From Longimicrobiales bacterium (GTDB lineage Bacteria; Gemmatimonadota; Gemmatimonadetes; Longimicrobiales; RSA9): DNA of 64,000 nt. Numbering within the stretch: the stretch's first letter is position 1; every line of letters starts with the position of its first letter. The position numbers and the translations under genes were made by a program. The stretch covers positions 1 to 64,000 of the forward strand of contig DATHUY010000122.1 of assembly GCA_035461765.1 (NCBI GenBank), read 5' to 3'. This document shows positions 37,052-46,259 of this stretch, one piece after another. The notes below the pieces were generated by a model. The model ran no database searches, was not told the DNA's origin, and worked only from the letters and a program-made list of their open reading frames with translations.

Positions 37052-39547
37052 ATGCCCGACACACTCCCCGCCCCGCAGGCTCCGGCAACAGAGGCCGCAC
37101 AGCCGACCACAAGCGCACGCTCAGCCGCGGATGACACGCAGGCCGCGCACGACTCCGGGACTGCGGACGACATGCAGACTGCGGATGATACGCAGGCCGC
37201 GCCCGGGGAAGGCCGGCGTCCGGAGGAGCCGTTCACGGCGGCCTTCCAGACGCTGCGCCGCAGCGATGTCGCGACTGCTGGAGGAAAAGGCGCCAACCTC
37301 GGGGAGATGGCTGCCGCGGGACTGCCGGTGCCGGATGGGTTCGTCGTCACGGTCGCAGCTTTCAGCGAGTTCCTCGCCGCTTCCGGCATCGAGGCACGCG
37401 TCAATGAGCTCATGGAGCAGCTGAACGTGGAGGACACGGCGGCGCTCCAGAGCACTGCGACGGCAATCCGCGAGCTGGTGCTTGGTGCACAGGTCCCCGA
37501 CCTGGTCCGGGAGGCAGTTGTCGCGGCATACGCACAGGTCGCGACGAGCGAGAGCGGACAGCCACCGTTCGTCGCTGTGCGTTCGTCTGCGACCGTCGAA
37601 GACTCGACGGAGTTCTCGTTTGCGGGGATGTTCGAAAGCTTCCTGAACGTTCACGGCGAAGAGGGACTGCTGTCGAGCATTCGCCAGTGCTGGGCATCGG
37701 CATTCGGCGCGCGTGTCCTGTACTACCGCGCGAAGCAGCAGGTCCCCGGCGAGGCGCTGATTGCCGTTGTTGTGCAGAAGATGGTGAACAGTGAGAAGGC
37801 CGGGGTGCTGTTCACGATGAATCCGGCGACGAACGATGCATCGGTCGTGGTGATCGAGGCGGCGTTCGGCCTGGGAGAAGTCGTGGTAGCGGGTCAGGTG
37901 ACACCCGACCGCTACGAGGTGGACAAGCGCACGGGGCGTCTGCGCATGAGCCAGATCGGACACAAGGAGTTCCGGCTCCAGCGCGCGGCGTCCGGCGAGA
38001 ACGAGCGCATCGATCTCGATGACGCCGAAGCGGACGCCGCCGTGCTCGGCGCGGACGAGATCACGACGCTCGCGCAACTCGCGGCCCGCCTCGAATCACA
38101 CTATGGCGTGCCGCAGGACGCGGAGTGGGCGATCGAATCGGGCGTCAGTTACCTCGTGCAGACCCGGCCGGTCACGACCATGACCGCAACCGATACCGGC
38201 GCGAGCGAGCCTGGGCATGTCCTCGCCCGCGGCCTCGCGGCCAGCCCCGGTACGGCCTCCGGCGTCGTTCGCAACCTGCCGACTGCCGCGGACGCGCAGC
38301 AGCTTCTCACGGGCGAGATCCTGGTGACAGCCGCAACGTCACCGGACTGGGTGCCGATCATGCGTCGTGCGGCCGCCATCATCACGGATGCAGGAGGAAT
38401 GACATCACACGCCGCCATTGTTTCCCGTGAGCTGGGCATCCCGTGCGTGGTCGGGACGAAGGATGGCACGCGTGTGCTTCGCTCGGGGACGCTCGTCGGT
38501 GTCGATGCCGCCAGAGGTCTCGTGTTCGAGGGCGCTCTGCCCGCCGCCCCTGATGCCGGCGTCGCGCCTCTCTCTCCCGCACCCGTACAGGCCGCCGCTC
38601 CGGTGACCGCAACCCGCGTTTACGTGAACCTTGGCGACCCATCACGCATCGACGAGGCGGCCGCGCTGGCCGTCGACGGCGTGGGTCTGCTCAGAGCCGA
38701 GTTCCTGATCCTCGATACGCTCGAGGGTCGACACCCGCGGCTTCTCCTCGAGAGTGGCGCTGGCGACGAATTCGTCGAACGCATGGCGACGCAGCTCGAG
38801 CGCTTCGCTGCCGCGTTCCAGCCGCGACCGGTCGTGTACCGCGCCATGGATTTTCGCTCGAACGAGTTCCGCGGCCTCGAAGCCGGCGACCGTTTCGAGC
38901 CGGAGGAAGAAAACCCGATGATCGGGTACCGCGGCTGTGCGCGATACATTCGCGAGCCGGAGCTGTTCAGGCTGGAGATGGCAGCCCTGAACCAGGTTCG
39001 AGCCCGCTACGACAACCTGCATCTCATGCTGCCCTTCGTGCGCACCGGCCGCGAGTTCGAGAAGTGCGTCGCCATGGTGCGCGAGTGCGGACTGGAGCCC
39101 GGGCGTGACTTCCAGCTGTGGGTCATGGCGGAGGTTCCGTCGGTCATCTACTGGCTGGAAACATACGTGCGGCTCGGAGCAACGGGCGTATCCATCGGCT
39201 CCAATGACCTTACGCAGCTCGTGCTGGGCGTCGACCGCGACAGCGAGTTGCTGGCACACACATTCGATGAACGCGACGGCGCCGTCGTGGCCGCGATCCG
39301 CGCCATCGTGGCAGAAGCGCACCGGCTGGGCGTGCCGTGCTCCATCTGCGGCCAGGCGCCGTCGGTCTACCCGGAATACGCGCGGCTGCTCGTGGAATGC
39401 GGTGTCGATTCGATCTCCGTCACACCCGATGCGGTGGATCGGACACGGGCGAACGTGGCCGCGGCCGAACAGCGGCTGCTGCTGGAACATGCCCGGGCGA
39501 CTGATCGCGGCGGCCATTACCCGACGGCAGATGCGGGTGCTGCCTGA
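37052..39547 (+). CDS. ppsA: phosphoenolpyruvate synthase (pyruvate, water dikinase) with a ~65-aa acidic repeat N-terminal extension
   Basis: PPDK_N ATP-grasp (..ATAGGKGANLGEMAAAGLPVPDGFVV..), phospho-His swivel domain (GGMTSHAAIVSRELGIPCVVG) and C-terminal PEP-utilising TIM barrel, in PpsA order. ATG 37052 with RBS GGAAAGG. Confidence 0.9.
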   Translation: MPDTLPAPQAPATEAAQPTTSARSAADDTQAAHDSGTADDMQTADDTQAAPGEGRRPEEPFTAAFQTLRRSDVATAGGKGANLGEMAAAGLPVPDGFVVTVAAFSEFLAASGIEARVNELMEQLNVEDTAALQSTATAIRELVLGAQVPDLVREAVVAAYAQVATSESGQPPFVAVRSSATVEDSTEFSFAGMFESFLNVHGEEGLLSSIRQCWASAFGARVLYYRAKQQVPGEALIAVVVQKMVNSEKAGVLFTMNPATNDASVVVIEAAFGLGEVVVAGQVTPDRYEVDKRTGRLRMSQIGHKEFRLQRAASGENERIDLDDAEADAAVLGADEITTLAQLAARLESHYGVPQDAEWAIESGVSYLVQTRPVTTMTATDTGASEPGHVLARGLAASPGTASGVVRNLPTAADAQQLLTGEILVTAATSPDWVPIMRRAAAIITDAGGMTSHAAIVSRELGIPCVVGTKDGTRVLRSGTLVGVDAARGLVFEGALPAAPDAGVAPLSPAPVQAAAPVTATRVYVNLGDPSRIDEAAALAVDGVGLLRAEFLILDTLEGRHPRLLLESGAGDEFVERMATQLERFAAAFQPRPVVYRAMDFRSNEFRGLEAGDRFEPEEENPMIGYRGCARYIREPELFRLEMAALNQVRARYDNLHLMLPFVRTGREFEKCVAMVRECGLEPGRDFQLWVMAEVPSVIYWLETYVRLGATGVSIGSNDLTQLVLGVDRDSELLAHTFDERDGAVVAAIRAIVAEAHRLGVPCSICGQAPSVYPEYARLLVECGVDSISVTPDAVDRTRANVAAAEQRLLLEHARATDRGGHYPTADAGAA

Positions 39548-39622
39548 CAGCGGAAGACGTCTTCGGACGCAACATTGAGAGATGGTGCAGCTCCGTCTCT
39601 CACCTCCAGCCGGAGAACGGTG

Positions 39623-39877
39623 ATGGCCACGTCCCACTATGTGGGCGAAATTGACAACCTCGCGACGATCCGGCCAGGCGAGGAATTCGAGATTGTCAGG
39701 TCGCTGCTGGATGATGCAGAGCACAGGCAGCGCTTCATGCCGGGCAAACGGTGGAGCTGCCGCTACACTGGCGATACCATCATCCTGCTCGTGAATCATA
39801 CGGGCCAGACCATCAGTGTCCGGCGTGATGTGGCGCGATACGTCGAGGTACAGCGTACCAGACCGCGCAGCCGCTAG
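39623..39877 (+). CDS. hypothetical small protein (84 aa), possible partner of the downstream HAD::HerA-like gene
   Basis: MATSHYVGEIDNLATIRPGEEF... Same strand, 75 nt after ppsA and 42 nt before the next gene. No recognisable domain. Confidence 0.4.
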   Translation: MATSHYVGEIDNLATIRPGEEFEIVRSLLDDAEHRQRFMPGKRWSCRYTGDTIILLVNHTGQTISVRRDVARYVEVQRTRPRSR

Positions 39878-39918
39878 TCCGCCGAAGGCTGTGCAGGACC
39901 CAGTGCCGAAAAGGACGG

Positions 39919-41661
39919 ATGTCGCACGTGTTTCCTGTGGTCGCTGTCGACTTCGACGGCACCATCGCGGAGCATGATCGCCCGGATGCGACCGCGCTCG
40001 ACGCAATCGACGAATTGCGTGCGAACGGCCGCAGGGTTCTCCTGTGCACCGGCCGGCGTCTGGAGAATCTGCACGCCGTGTTTCCGGAAGTGGACCTTCA
40101 CTTCGACGCCGTGGTGGCGGAGAACGGCGGCGTCGTCGCGATCGACTCGGTGATCGTGCATGTGGCGGACGGACTGCCGCCTGAGCTCGGCACCGCGCTG
40201 AGTCGCGCAGGGGTACCGTATCGCGCCGGTCACGTGCTTCTGGCGACGGAGGCGGTGCACGACGAAGTGGTGCTCCGCGAGATCGAACGGCTGGGGCTCG
40301 AAGCGCAGCTGGTGTACAACCGCGGCGCGCTCATGATCCTGCCCGCCGGAGTCTCGAAGGGAGCCGGGCTGCTCCACGCGCTCGCACTGCTGGAGCTGTC
40401 GCGACACAGCGCCATAGGGATCGGCGATGCGGAGAACGACCATTCCCTGCTGCGCGCCTGCGAGATCGGGGTCGCTGTCGGCAACGCGGTGCCCGGCCTG
40501 CGCACACACGCGGACCTGTGCCTGACGGAGCCGGACGGTGCCGGGGTCGCAGCGTTCCTGCGCGGTCCGGTTCTGCATGGCGACGTCGAGGTTCACCCCG
40601 ACCGGTGGCACGTGGAGCTGGGTCGCACCGCCGACGGCGAGCCGGCACGTCTGCCGGGCTCCCGCATCAACGTGCTCATCGCTGGCGCAAGCTGCTCGGG
40701 CAAGTCGCACCTGGCCGGTCTGCTGATCGAGCGCCTGGTGGCACTCGAATACAACGTCTGCGTTCTCGATGCCGAGGGCGACCATGTCGCTCTCGACCGG
40801 CTGCCCGGCGTGATCCGGGTCGGCGGCACCGAGCCACTGCCATCCCCCACGCGGCTGGCCGCACTGCTGCGGAACCGCCTCAGCAGCGTCGTCGCCGATC
40901 TGTCGCTGCTGGGCGCAACCGAGAAACGGGAGTACTGTCGCGAGGCTCTGGCAGCGCTGTGCGATCTGCGACAGGACCGGGGACTGCCCCACTGGGTCGT
41001 CATTGAAGAGGCGGATCAGCTGCTCGGGGCTGACATGCTGCCTAGGGCAACCGATGACGTCAGGAGCGTCGGATGCTGCCTCATCACGCACCGTCCCGCT
41101 CTGCTACATGAGCACACACTCTCGAATCTGCACGCGGTCATCGCACTGCCCGGTGCGGAACGGTATGCCCACATCCCCTTCTCCGACGGGGGTACGGATG
41201 CGGCGAGCAAGCAGCCGTTCGTGCTGAAGCCGGGCCAGGCGCTGCTCGCCCTGGACGAGGCGGTGCTGACGTTCGAAACGGCGACGCGCGCGCTGCCGCA
41301 CGTACGGCATCACCACAAGTACCTGTATGCCCAGGTTCCGCCGGAGCGCCGCTTCTTCTTCGGACCTCACGACGGCGGCAGCGCAGCGGGCAACATCGCG
41401 GAATTCAGAGCCGGCATCGGCACGGTCGCGGGCGACATTCTGCGCGCGCATATCACGGCGGGAGATTTTTCGCGCTGGACACGGGATGTCCTTGCGGACG
41501 ACGAGCTCGGCGGGCGTCTGCGCGGCATCGAGCGCTGGTTCATCACCGATCCCGTCGCGGATCCGGAGTTGGCGCGCAGCGCAGTAGTCGCGGCCATAAC
41601 CGACCGCTACGGGAACGACGGGACCCATGCAGCCAGCGGTAACGCGCCGGATCAGGGATGA
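39919..41661 (+). CDS. fusion protein: N-terminal HAD-IIB (Cof-type) phosphatase domain plus C-terminal HerA/DUF87-like P-loop ATPase
   Basis: HAD motifs: VAVDFDGTIAEHD (DxDGT), LCTGR, and K-x20-GIGDAENDHSLL. ATPase half: Walker A VLIAGASCSGKSHLAGLL, Walker B HWVVIEEADQLL, and a ..CCLITHRPALLHEHTLSNLHAVIALP.. segment resembling the HerA/FtsK-like sensor region. Confidence 0.7.
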   Translation: MSHVFPVVAVDFDGTIAEHDRPDATALDAIDELRANGRRVLLCTGRRLENLHAVFPEVDLHFDAVVAENGGVVAIDSVIVHVADGLPPELGTALSRAGVPYRAGHVLLATEAVHDEVVLREIERLGLEAQLVYNRGALMILPAGVSKGAGLLHALALLELSRHSAIGIGDAENDHSLLRACEIGVAVGNAVPGLRTHADLCLTEPDGAGVAAFLRGPVLHGDVEVHPDRWHVELGRTADGEPARLPGSRINVLIAGASCSGKSHLAGLLIERLVALEYNVCVLDAEGDHVALDRLPGVIRVGGTEPLPSPTRLAALLRNRLSSVVADLSLLGATEKREYCREALAALCDLRQDRGLPHWVVIEEADQLLGADMLPRATDDVRSVGCCLITHRPALLHEHTLSNLHAVIALPGAERYAHIPFSDGGTDAASKQPFVLKPGQALLALDEAVLTFETATRALPHVRHHHKYLYAQVPPERRFFFGPHDGGSAAGNIAEFRAGIGTVAGDILRAHITAGDFSRWTRDVLADDELGGRLRGIERWFITDPVADPELARSAVVAAITDRYGNDGTHAASGNAPDQG

Positions 41662-41728
41662 TGGCGACTACAGCATGTGGGAGAATCCCCGCTATTGCTC
41701 CGCCTGAGGGGAATGCACCGTACACGAT

Positions 41729-41744
41729 GGTATCGATCGATACC
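41729..41744. promoter_or_regulatory. perfect 16-bp palindrome GGTATCGATCGATACC upstream of hsp20, plus inverted repeat AGACTCA-N4-TGAGTCT (41796-41813) abutting the RBS
   Basis: Both motifs sit within 100 nt upstream of the Hsp20 ATG (41824). This resembles heat-shock operator architecture (HAIR/CIRCE-like in layout, not in sequence). Confidence 0.35.
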
Positions 41745-41823
41745 CGTATCGTGTGCGAGCGAGCGCGCGTTCGATACGAATTCCCCGGCGCTCGGAGACT
41801 CACACCTGAGTCTGGGAGAAGTC

Positions 41824-42279
41824 ATGAGACTAACACGCTATCGCCCCGGTTTCCCTGAGTCGGCATGGGCGCAGCCCGTGTTCGGCGACAACCGCATTCA
41901 GAAGATGCTGGCCGACTTCATCGGCCCGCAGATGGCCGAGGGACTGGGGTGGTGCCCTGAGGTGGACGTGCTGGAGAATGACGAAGAAGTGATCCTGCGC
42001 GCCGACCTGCCCGGCCTGAGCACGGATGACGTGGAGCTGGAGGTCAGGGACAACAACCTGATCATGAAGGGCGAGAAGAAGGAAGAGAAGGAGGAGAAGG
42101 GATCGCACTACCGCATGGTCGAACGCTCGTATGGCGCATTCGAGCGGTCGTTCACGCTGCCGACCACGGTGGATGCCGAGCAGATCAGAGCGGGCTTCGA
42201 GAATGGCGTGCTCGAAGTGCACCTGCCCAAGACGGCAAAGGCGCAGGGTCGCAAGGTGCCGATCTCCGGCAAGGCATGA
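41824..42279 (+). CDS. small heat shock protein (Hsp20 / alpha-crystallin family)
   Basis: 151 aa. Alpha-crystallin domain motifs: ..VDVLENDEEVILRADLPGL.., ..SYGAFERSFTLP.., ..AGFENGVLEVHLPK.. Confidence 0.9.
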   Translation: MRLTRYRPGFPESAWAQPVFGDNRIQKMLADFIGPQMAEGLGWCPEVDVLENDEEVILRADLPGLSTDDVELEVRDNNLIMKGEKKEEKEEKGSHYRMVERSYGAFERSFTLPTTVDAEQIRAGFENGVLEVHLPKTAKAQGRKVPISGKA

Positions 42280-42289
42280 TACCGTCGAT

Positions 42290-42328
42290 ATGAGGCGGGC
42301 ACGCCCGGCGTCGGCGTGCCCGCCTCAT
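42290..42328. terminator. bidirectional terminator: 16-bp perfect stem ATGAGGCGGGCACGCC / GGCGTGCCCGCCTCAT with a 7-nt loop, between the convergent hsp20 and BON genes
   Basis: A perfect 16-bp inverted repeat 11 nt after the hsp20 stop and ~40 nt before the BON gene stop. Confidence 0.6.
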
Positions 42329-42365
42329 TCACGCGGCGGCTTGTGTAACACCACCCGACCGACAT

Positions 42366-43034
42366 CTAGATGAGCGCCGTCGCGAAGCTCCCCACGTGCA
42401 GATTGTTGACCACTTCTCGAACGCCCGGCGCCGTGCGCGCCGCATGCTCCGCCTCCGTCAGCTCGGACCAGGAACGCACTGTGCCTGTGAGCGTGACCTT
42501 ACCGTCCACGATCGCGACGTTGACGTGATCTGCGTCAATCTGGGCGCTGCGGTGAAAGGCCTTCTGTATCTGCGTCTTCACCTGCTCCGGCTGCGCCCGC
42601 GCCCTCAAGCGGATGCTGTTCGTAATGCCACGCACACCCTGGATGTCCCGGACGGCCCGTTCCGCCGCATGCAGCTGGAAATTCCAGTCGACCTCTCCCT
42701 CGAGTGTGACCCAGCCACGCTGCACCGTCGCACTCACTGCCTGCGGCACAGTGACGTTCCACTTCAGTGCCGCTGCAACGGCGGCGGCAATATCGGTATC
42801 GTCGCGCTGCATACCACCTGGCAGCCGCACCTCCAGATCGTTCGCGACCGCCAGTACGCCCGTGATGCGCTTCGCCGCCTTCTCCGCGGCACGCTTTTCG
42901 GCGTAGCTGCGCACATGACCGGACAGCGTTACGGCGCCGTCCGTGACCGCTACGCCAATGCCCGCTGCGTCGATCGCGCTGTCCCACGCCAGCTCGTCCA
43001 GCACGTCCTGCTGAACATCTTCCGCTTTTCTCAT
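42366..43034 (-). CDS. BON-domain protein (OsmY-like, three BON repeats)
   Basis: ATG 43034 with GGAGG RBS. The 222-aa product has three ..A..I.V.V..G.VTL.G.V.S..E...A...A..I.GV..V.N.L.V BON repeats. The upstream ORF extension is Arg/Pro-rich. Confidence 0.8.
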   Translation of the reverse strand: MRKAEDVQQDVLDELAWDSAIDAAGIGVAVTDGAVTLSGHVRSYAEKRAAEKAAKRITGVLAVANDLEVRLPGGMQRDDTDIAAAVAAALKWNVTVPQAVSATVQRGWVTLEGEVDWNFQLHAAERAVRDIQGVRGITNSIRLRARAQPEQVKTQIQKAFHRSAQIDADHVNVAIVDGKVTLTGTVRSWSELTEAEHAARTAPGVREVVNNLHVGSFATALI

Positions 43035-43348
43035 GATCGGCCTCCGGGGTTGGTCTGTCCGCGTCAATGACGCATCTGCATCATGCCGAACTCGTGCGGG
43101 TCCCACAGTCGGAGATATCACCTCGGCTACGTCGCGACTTGCGCCATCCGGATCAGCCATTTCCTGACGCGCGGCACCCCGTCGCCTGCGGTCAGGAATC
43201 CGTGACTCCCCGCGGTGACGGAGGCTCCGCCCTTCCAGAACACGGCGTACTCTGATACCGTGAGACAGCCGGCCCCGGAAGGCGAGGGCGTGGGGCGCGG
43301 CGTGATGGCCGGAGTCTGCTGGAATGTGAAGGGGGAGCGGAGGAAATT

Positions 43349-45058
43349 TTGACACCTGCACGTCCGGCAGTCGCGGTGCAATCGCGGATCGCGTACTTCT
43401 CGATGGAGATCGCACTGGAGTCAGCGATCCCTACGTACAGCGGCGGCCTGGGAATTCTGGCCGGCGACACATTGCGCGCAGCGGCGGACCTGCATGTGCC
43501 CATGGTCGCCGTGACCCTGCTTCACCGGCAGGGCTACTTCAGGCAGCGCGTGGACGCCGCGGGCGAGCAGGTCGAGGAACCGGACGTTTGGACGCCCGAG
43601 GCGTTCCTTGTCGAACTCCCCGCCCGCGTGCAGATCACCCTGGAGCAGAGACCTGTCCACGTCCGCGCCTGGCGTTATGAAGTGACTGGTCATGGCGGAG
43701 GTGTCGTGCCTGTCTACCTTCTCGATACCGATCTGCCGGAGAACACAGCCGCTGACCGTACGCTCACGCACCAGCTGTACGGCGGCGACGCACGCTACCG
43801 GCTGCTGCAGGAGGCGGTCCTCGGCATCGGCGGTGTACGCATGCTGCGCGCGCTCGGACACACGGGCGTGGGCCGCTTTCACCTGAACGAGGGACACGCC
43901 GCCCTCATCGCGCTCGAGCTGCTCGACGAAGCAGCCCGCGAAGCAGGAAGACCAACGTTCAGCAATGAGGACATCGCCGCCGTGCGGAGCCGCTGCGTAT
44001 TCACCACCCACACACCCGTAGCCGCGGGCCACGATCAGTTCCCGCTGGACCTCGCCATGTCGGTTCTCAACCGCTCGGAGATCATCGACAGGCCCGATCT
44101 GTTCCAGCACAGGGGCGCCGTCAACATGACGTACCTCGCGCTCGATCTGAGCGGTTTTGTCAATGGCGTGGCGAAGAAGCACGCCGAAGTCTCCAGACTG
44201 ATGTTCGGCGAATATCGCATTCAGGCCATTACGAACGGTGTGCACGTCCCCACCTGGACGTCGCCGCCGTTCGCCGCTTTGTTCGACCAGTACATTCCCG
44301 GCTGGCGCGGCGACAGTTTCAGCCTGCGCTCGGCCTTCCTCATTCCCGCCGATGCCGTCCGTGACGCCCACGACGAAGCCAAACGCCGCCTCCTCGATCA
44401 CATCCTGCGAACCACGGGAGTGGACCTGCACCAGGACCGGCTGACACTCGGTTTCGCGCGCCGGGCCACGGCCTACAAGCGCGCCGACCTGTTCGTGCGC
44501 GACCCCGAGCGCCTGAAATCGATCGCGGAGATCCACGGACCGCTCCAGGTGGTGTACTCAGGCAAGGCCCACCCGAACGATCTCGCCGGCAAGGAACAGA
44601 TCAGGCGAATCGTCGAGGCGGCCGACACGCTGAGGGACTACGTCACGATCGTGTATCTGCCGGACTACGACTGGGACCTCGCGGCGTTGATCACCGCTGG
44701 CGTCGACGTATGGCTAAACACGCCGCAGCCGCCGCACGAAGCGAGCGGTACGAGCGGAATGAAGGCTGCCCTGAACGGAGTGCCGAGCCTGAGCACGCTC
44801 GACGGCTGGTGGATCGAGGGATGTATCGAGGGCGTTACCGGCTGGGCGATCGATCCGGTGCGGGTCAGCGGGAGCAACGCGCTCGAACGTGACAGCATCG
44901 CGCTCTATGACGCTCTCGAGCACACCGTCATTCCGCTGTATTACGAGGACCGGGACCGGTTCGTGGAGATGATGATCCGCTGCATCGCTCTGAACGGCTC
45001 GTTCTTCAACACTCAGCGCATGATGCTCGAATACTCCGTGAAGGCGTATTCCATGTGA
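43349..45058 (+). CDS. alpha-glucan (glycogen) phosphorylase, GT35 short-form
   Basis: ..[10 protein letters not shown].. N-terminus, HTPVAAGHD, and pyridoxal-phosphate region [28 protein letters not shown] start with a GGGGGAGCGGAGG RBS. Confidence 0.85.
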   Translation: MTPARPAVAVQSRIAYFSMEIALESAIPTYSGGLGILAGDTLRAAADLHVPMVAVTLLHRQGYFRQRVDAAGEQVEEPDVWTPEAFLVELPARVQITLEQRPVHVRAWRYEVTGHGGGVVPVYLLDTDLPENTAADRTLTHQLYGGDARYRLLQEAVLGIGGVRMLRALGHTGVGRFHLNEGHAALIALELLDEAAREAGRPTFSNEDIAAVRSRCVFTTHTPVAAGHDQFPLDLAMSVLNRSEIIDRPDLFQHRGAVNMTYLALDLSGFVNGVAKKHAEVSRLMFGEYRIQAITNGVHVPTWTSPPFAALFDQYIPGWRGDSFSLRSAFLIPADAVRDAHDEAKRRLLDHILRTTGVDLHQDRLTLGFARRATAYKRADLFVRDPERLKSIAEIHGPLQVVYSGKAHPNDLAGKEQIRRIVEAADTLRDYVTIVYLPDYDWDLAALITAGVDVWLNTPQPPHEASGTSGMKAALNGVPSLSTLDGWWIEGCIEGVTGWAIDPVRVSGSNALERDSIALYDALEHTVIPLYYEDRDRFVEMMIRCIALNGSFFNTQRMMLEYSVKAYSM

Positions 45059-45148
45059 TCGTCCGGCCCGATCCTCGCAATGTCCCCACATCTCCTGACA
45101 GACGCGCAGGGACTCGCCTGACAGCGCTGCGCCGCCTCTGGCGTCACT

Positions 45149-45616
45149 TTGGAGTCATGCCTGTCGGACGCAGTGCAGGGTCTGGAGTGGCCGTTGGGAA
45201 CATACGATCGCGTCGCGCTCGAACCCAGGCAGACCGGCAAAGCCACAGCAGACAGTCGGTATGGTTCCGACGGTGTGCACGTGAGCGGCAGCCGTGACGT
45301 TCGCATCAATGTGCGCCAGGATGAACGCGACCGCTATTCATGCCTCCAGGCGGCGCGTCACGGGGATCGTCAGGCGTTCGCGGATCTGTGTGCCGAGCTG
45401 CGCGGCCCGTTGTCCCGGCGAGCACAGCGGCAGCTGACGAGCGAGGGCCGCGACATTACGCCGGCTGCCGTGGATGATCTGGTCGAGCGGGTGTTCCTCG
45501 CCGCCTTCGACGAGATGCCTGAGAAGCCGGACAACTGGTCGACATACGGCTGGATGAGCTGGCTCGTCGAGCGGGAGATCGCAGCCGGCGAAAGGACATC
45601 ACGGTCACGTCGCTGA
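45149..45616 (+). CDS. hypothetical protein containing only a sigma-70 region-2-like segment (no region 4)
   Basis: ..LQAARHGDRQAFADLCAELRGPLSRRAQRQL...AAVDDLVERVFLAAFDEMPEK...STYGWMSWLVEREI.. matches the ECF sigma r2 pattern. The ORF ends 32 nt before the next, opposite-strand gene, so no HTH r4 can be encoded. Confidence 0.4.
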   Translation: MESCLSDAVQGLEWPLGTYDRVALEPRQTGKATADSRYGSDGVHVSGSRDVRINVRQDERDRYSCLQAARHGDRQAFADLCAELRGPLSRRAQRQLTSEGRDITPAAVDDLVERVFLAAFDEMPEKPDNWSTYGWMSWLVEREIAAGERTSRSRR

Positions 45617-45647
45617 CGCGCCATCCGTCAGGTCCGGGGGCTGATGC

Positions 45648-46259
45648 TCAGTCTCTGTCGTCGCGCTCGTGCATGCCGGTGCGCAGGCCGGGATATGCCT
45701 TCCACAGATAAGCGCCCATGAGCAACGCCGCAGCGGTCGTCGCCGCTGTCACCAGCCACAGCGGCAGCTGGCTGCGAACGGGCTCGTCGAACATGGCTGG
45801 CACCACGACCACGTGGGCTCCCACATATATCGCCAGGCTCAGTGCGAGGTACCACCCCTCCATCAGGTGCTCCGAGATGCGCGCCAGCCAGGCCATGAAG
45901 ATGCCGGCCGCCAGGAAAACGAGCAGGTGCACTCCGCTGTAGGCGAGAATCGCTGCCGGCTCGACGATCACGTCCGCACCCCGCCCGAAGAAGAGGCTGC
46001 CGCCCAGCAGTGCGGCGATGTGAAACGGCGACTGCCCGGCGAGAGCGCTCGCGACGGCAAAGAACAGAGCCACGACCCCAAACCCGAGCAGCGCGGCGAT
46101 CGCGCCATTCCGAACGACACCGTGCGCTCGATCAGGCCGCTCCCCGTGGCCGGGTGCCGACCCGCCCGGCGCAGACTCGATGCTCCACGCAGGGGAGTCG
46201 CTCGCTGGGAAGGATTCCATGGATGCTTCTTCCACCGGGTCCAGCTTCTGCTTCGCCAT
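45648..46259 (-). CDS. hypothetical integral membrane protein
   Basis: Start MAKQKLDPVEE. Four or five TM helices. No recognisable domain. Confidence 0.5.
   Translation of the reverse strand: MAKQKLDPVEEASMESFPASDSPAWSIESAPGGSAPGHGERPDRAHGVVRNGAIAALLGFGVVALFFAVASALAGQSPFHIAALLGGSLFFGRGADVIVEPAAILAYSGVHLLVFLAAGIFMAWLARISEHLMEGWYLALSLAIYVGAHVVVVPAMFDEPVRSQLPLWLVTAATTAAALLMGAYLWKAYPGLRTGMHERDDRD

Noticed and set aside
36953-39547. Possibility that the PpsA-like protein is a rifampin phosphotransferase (RPH)
   Set aside because: The domain order is ATP-grasp, then central phospho-His swivel, then C-terminal PEP-utilising TIM barrel. That is the PpsA order. RPH places the His domain at the C-terminus and lacks the PEP barrel.
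38642-40006. 454-aa minus-strand ORF spanning the ppsA 3' end, the small ORF and the HAD::HerA 5' end
   Set aside because: Antisense to three co-oriented, recognisable genes. Arg-rich, low-complexity translation.
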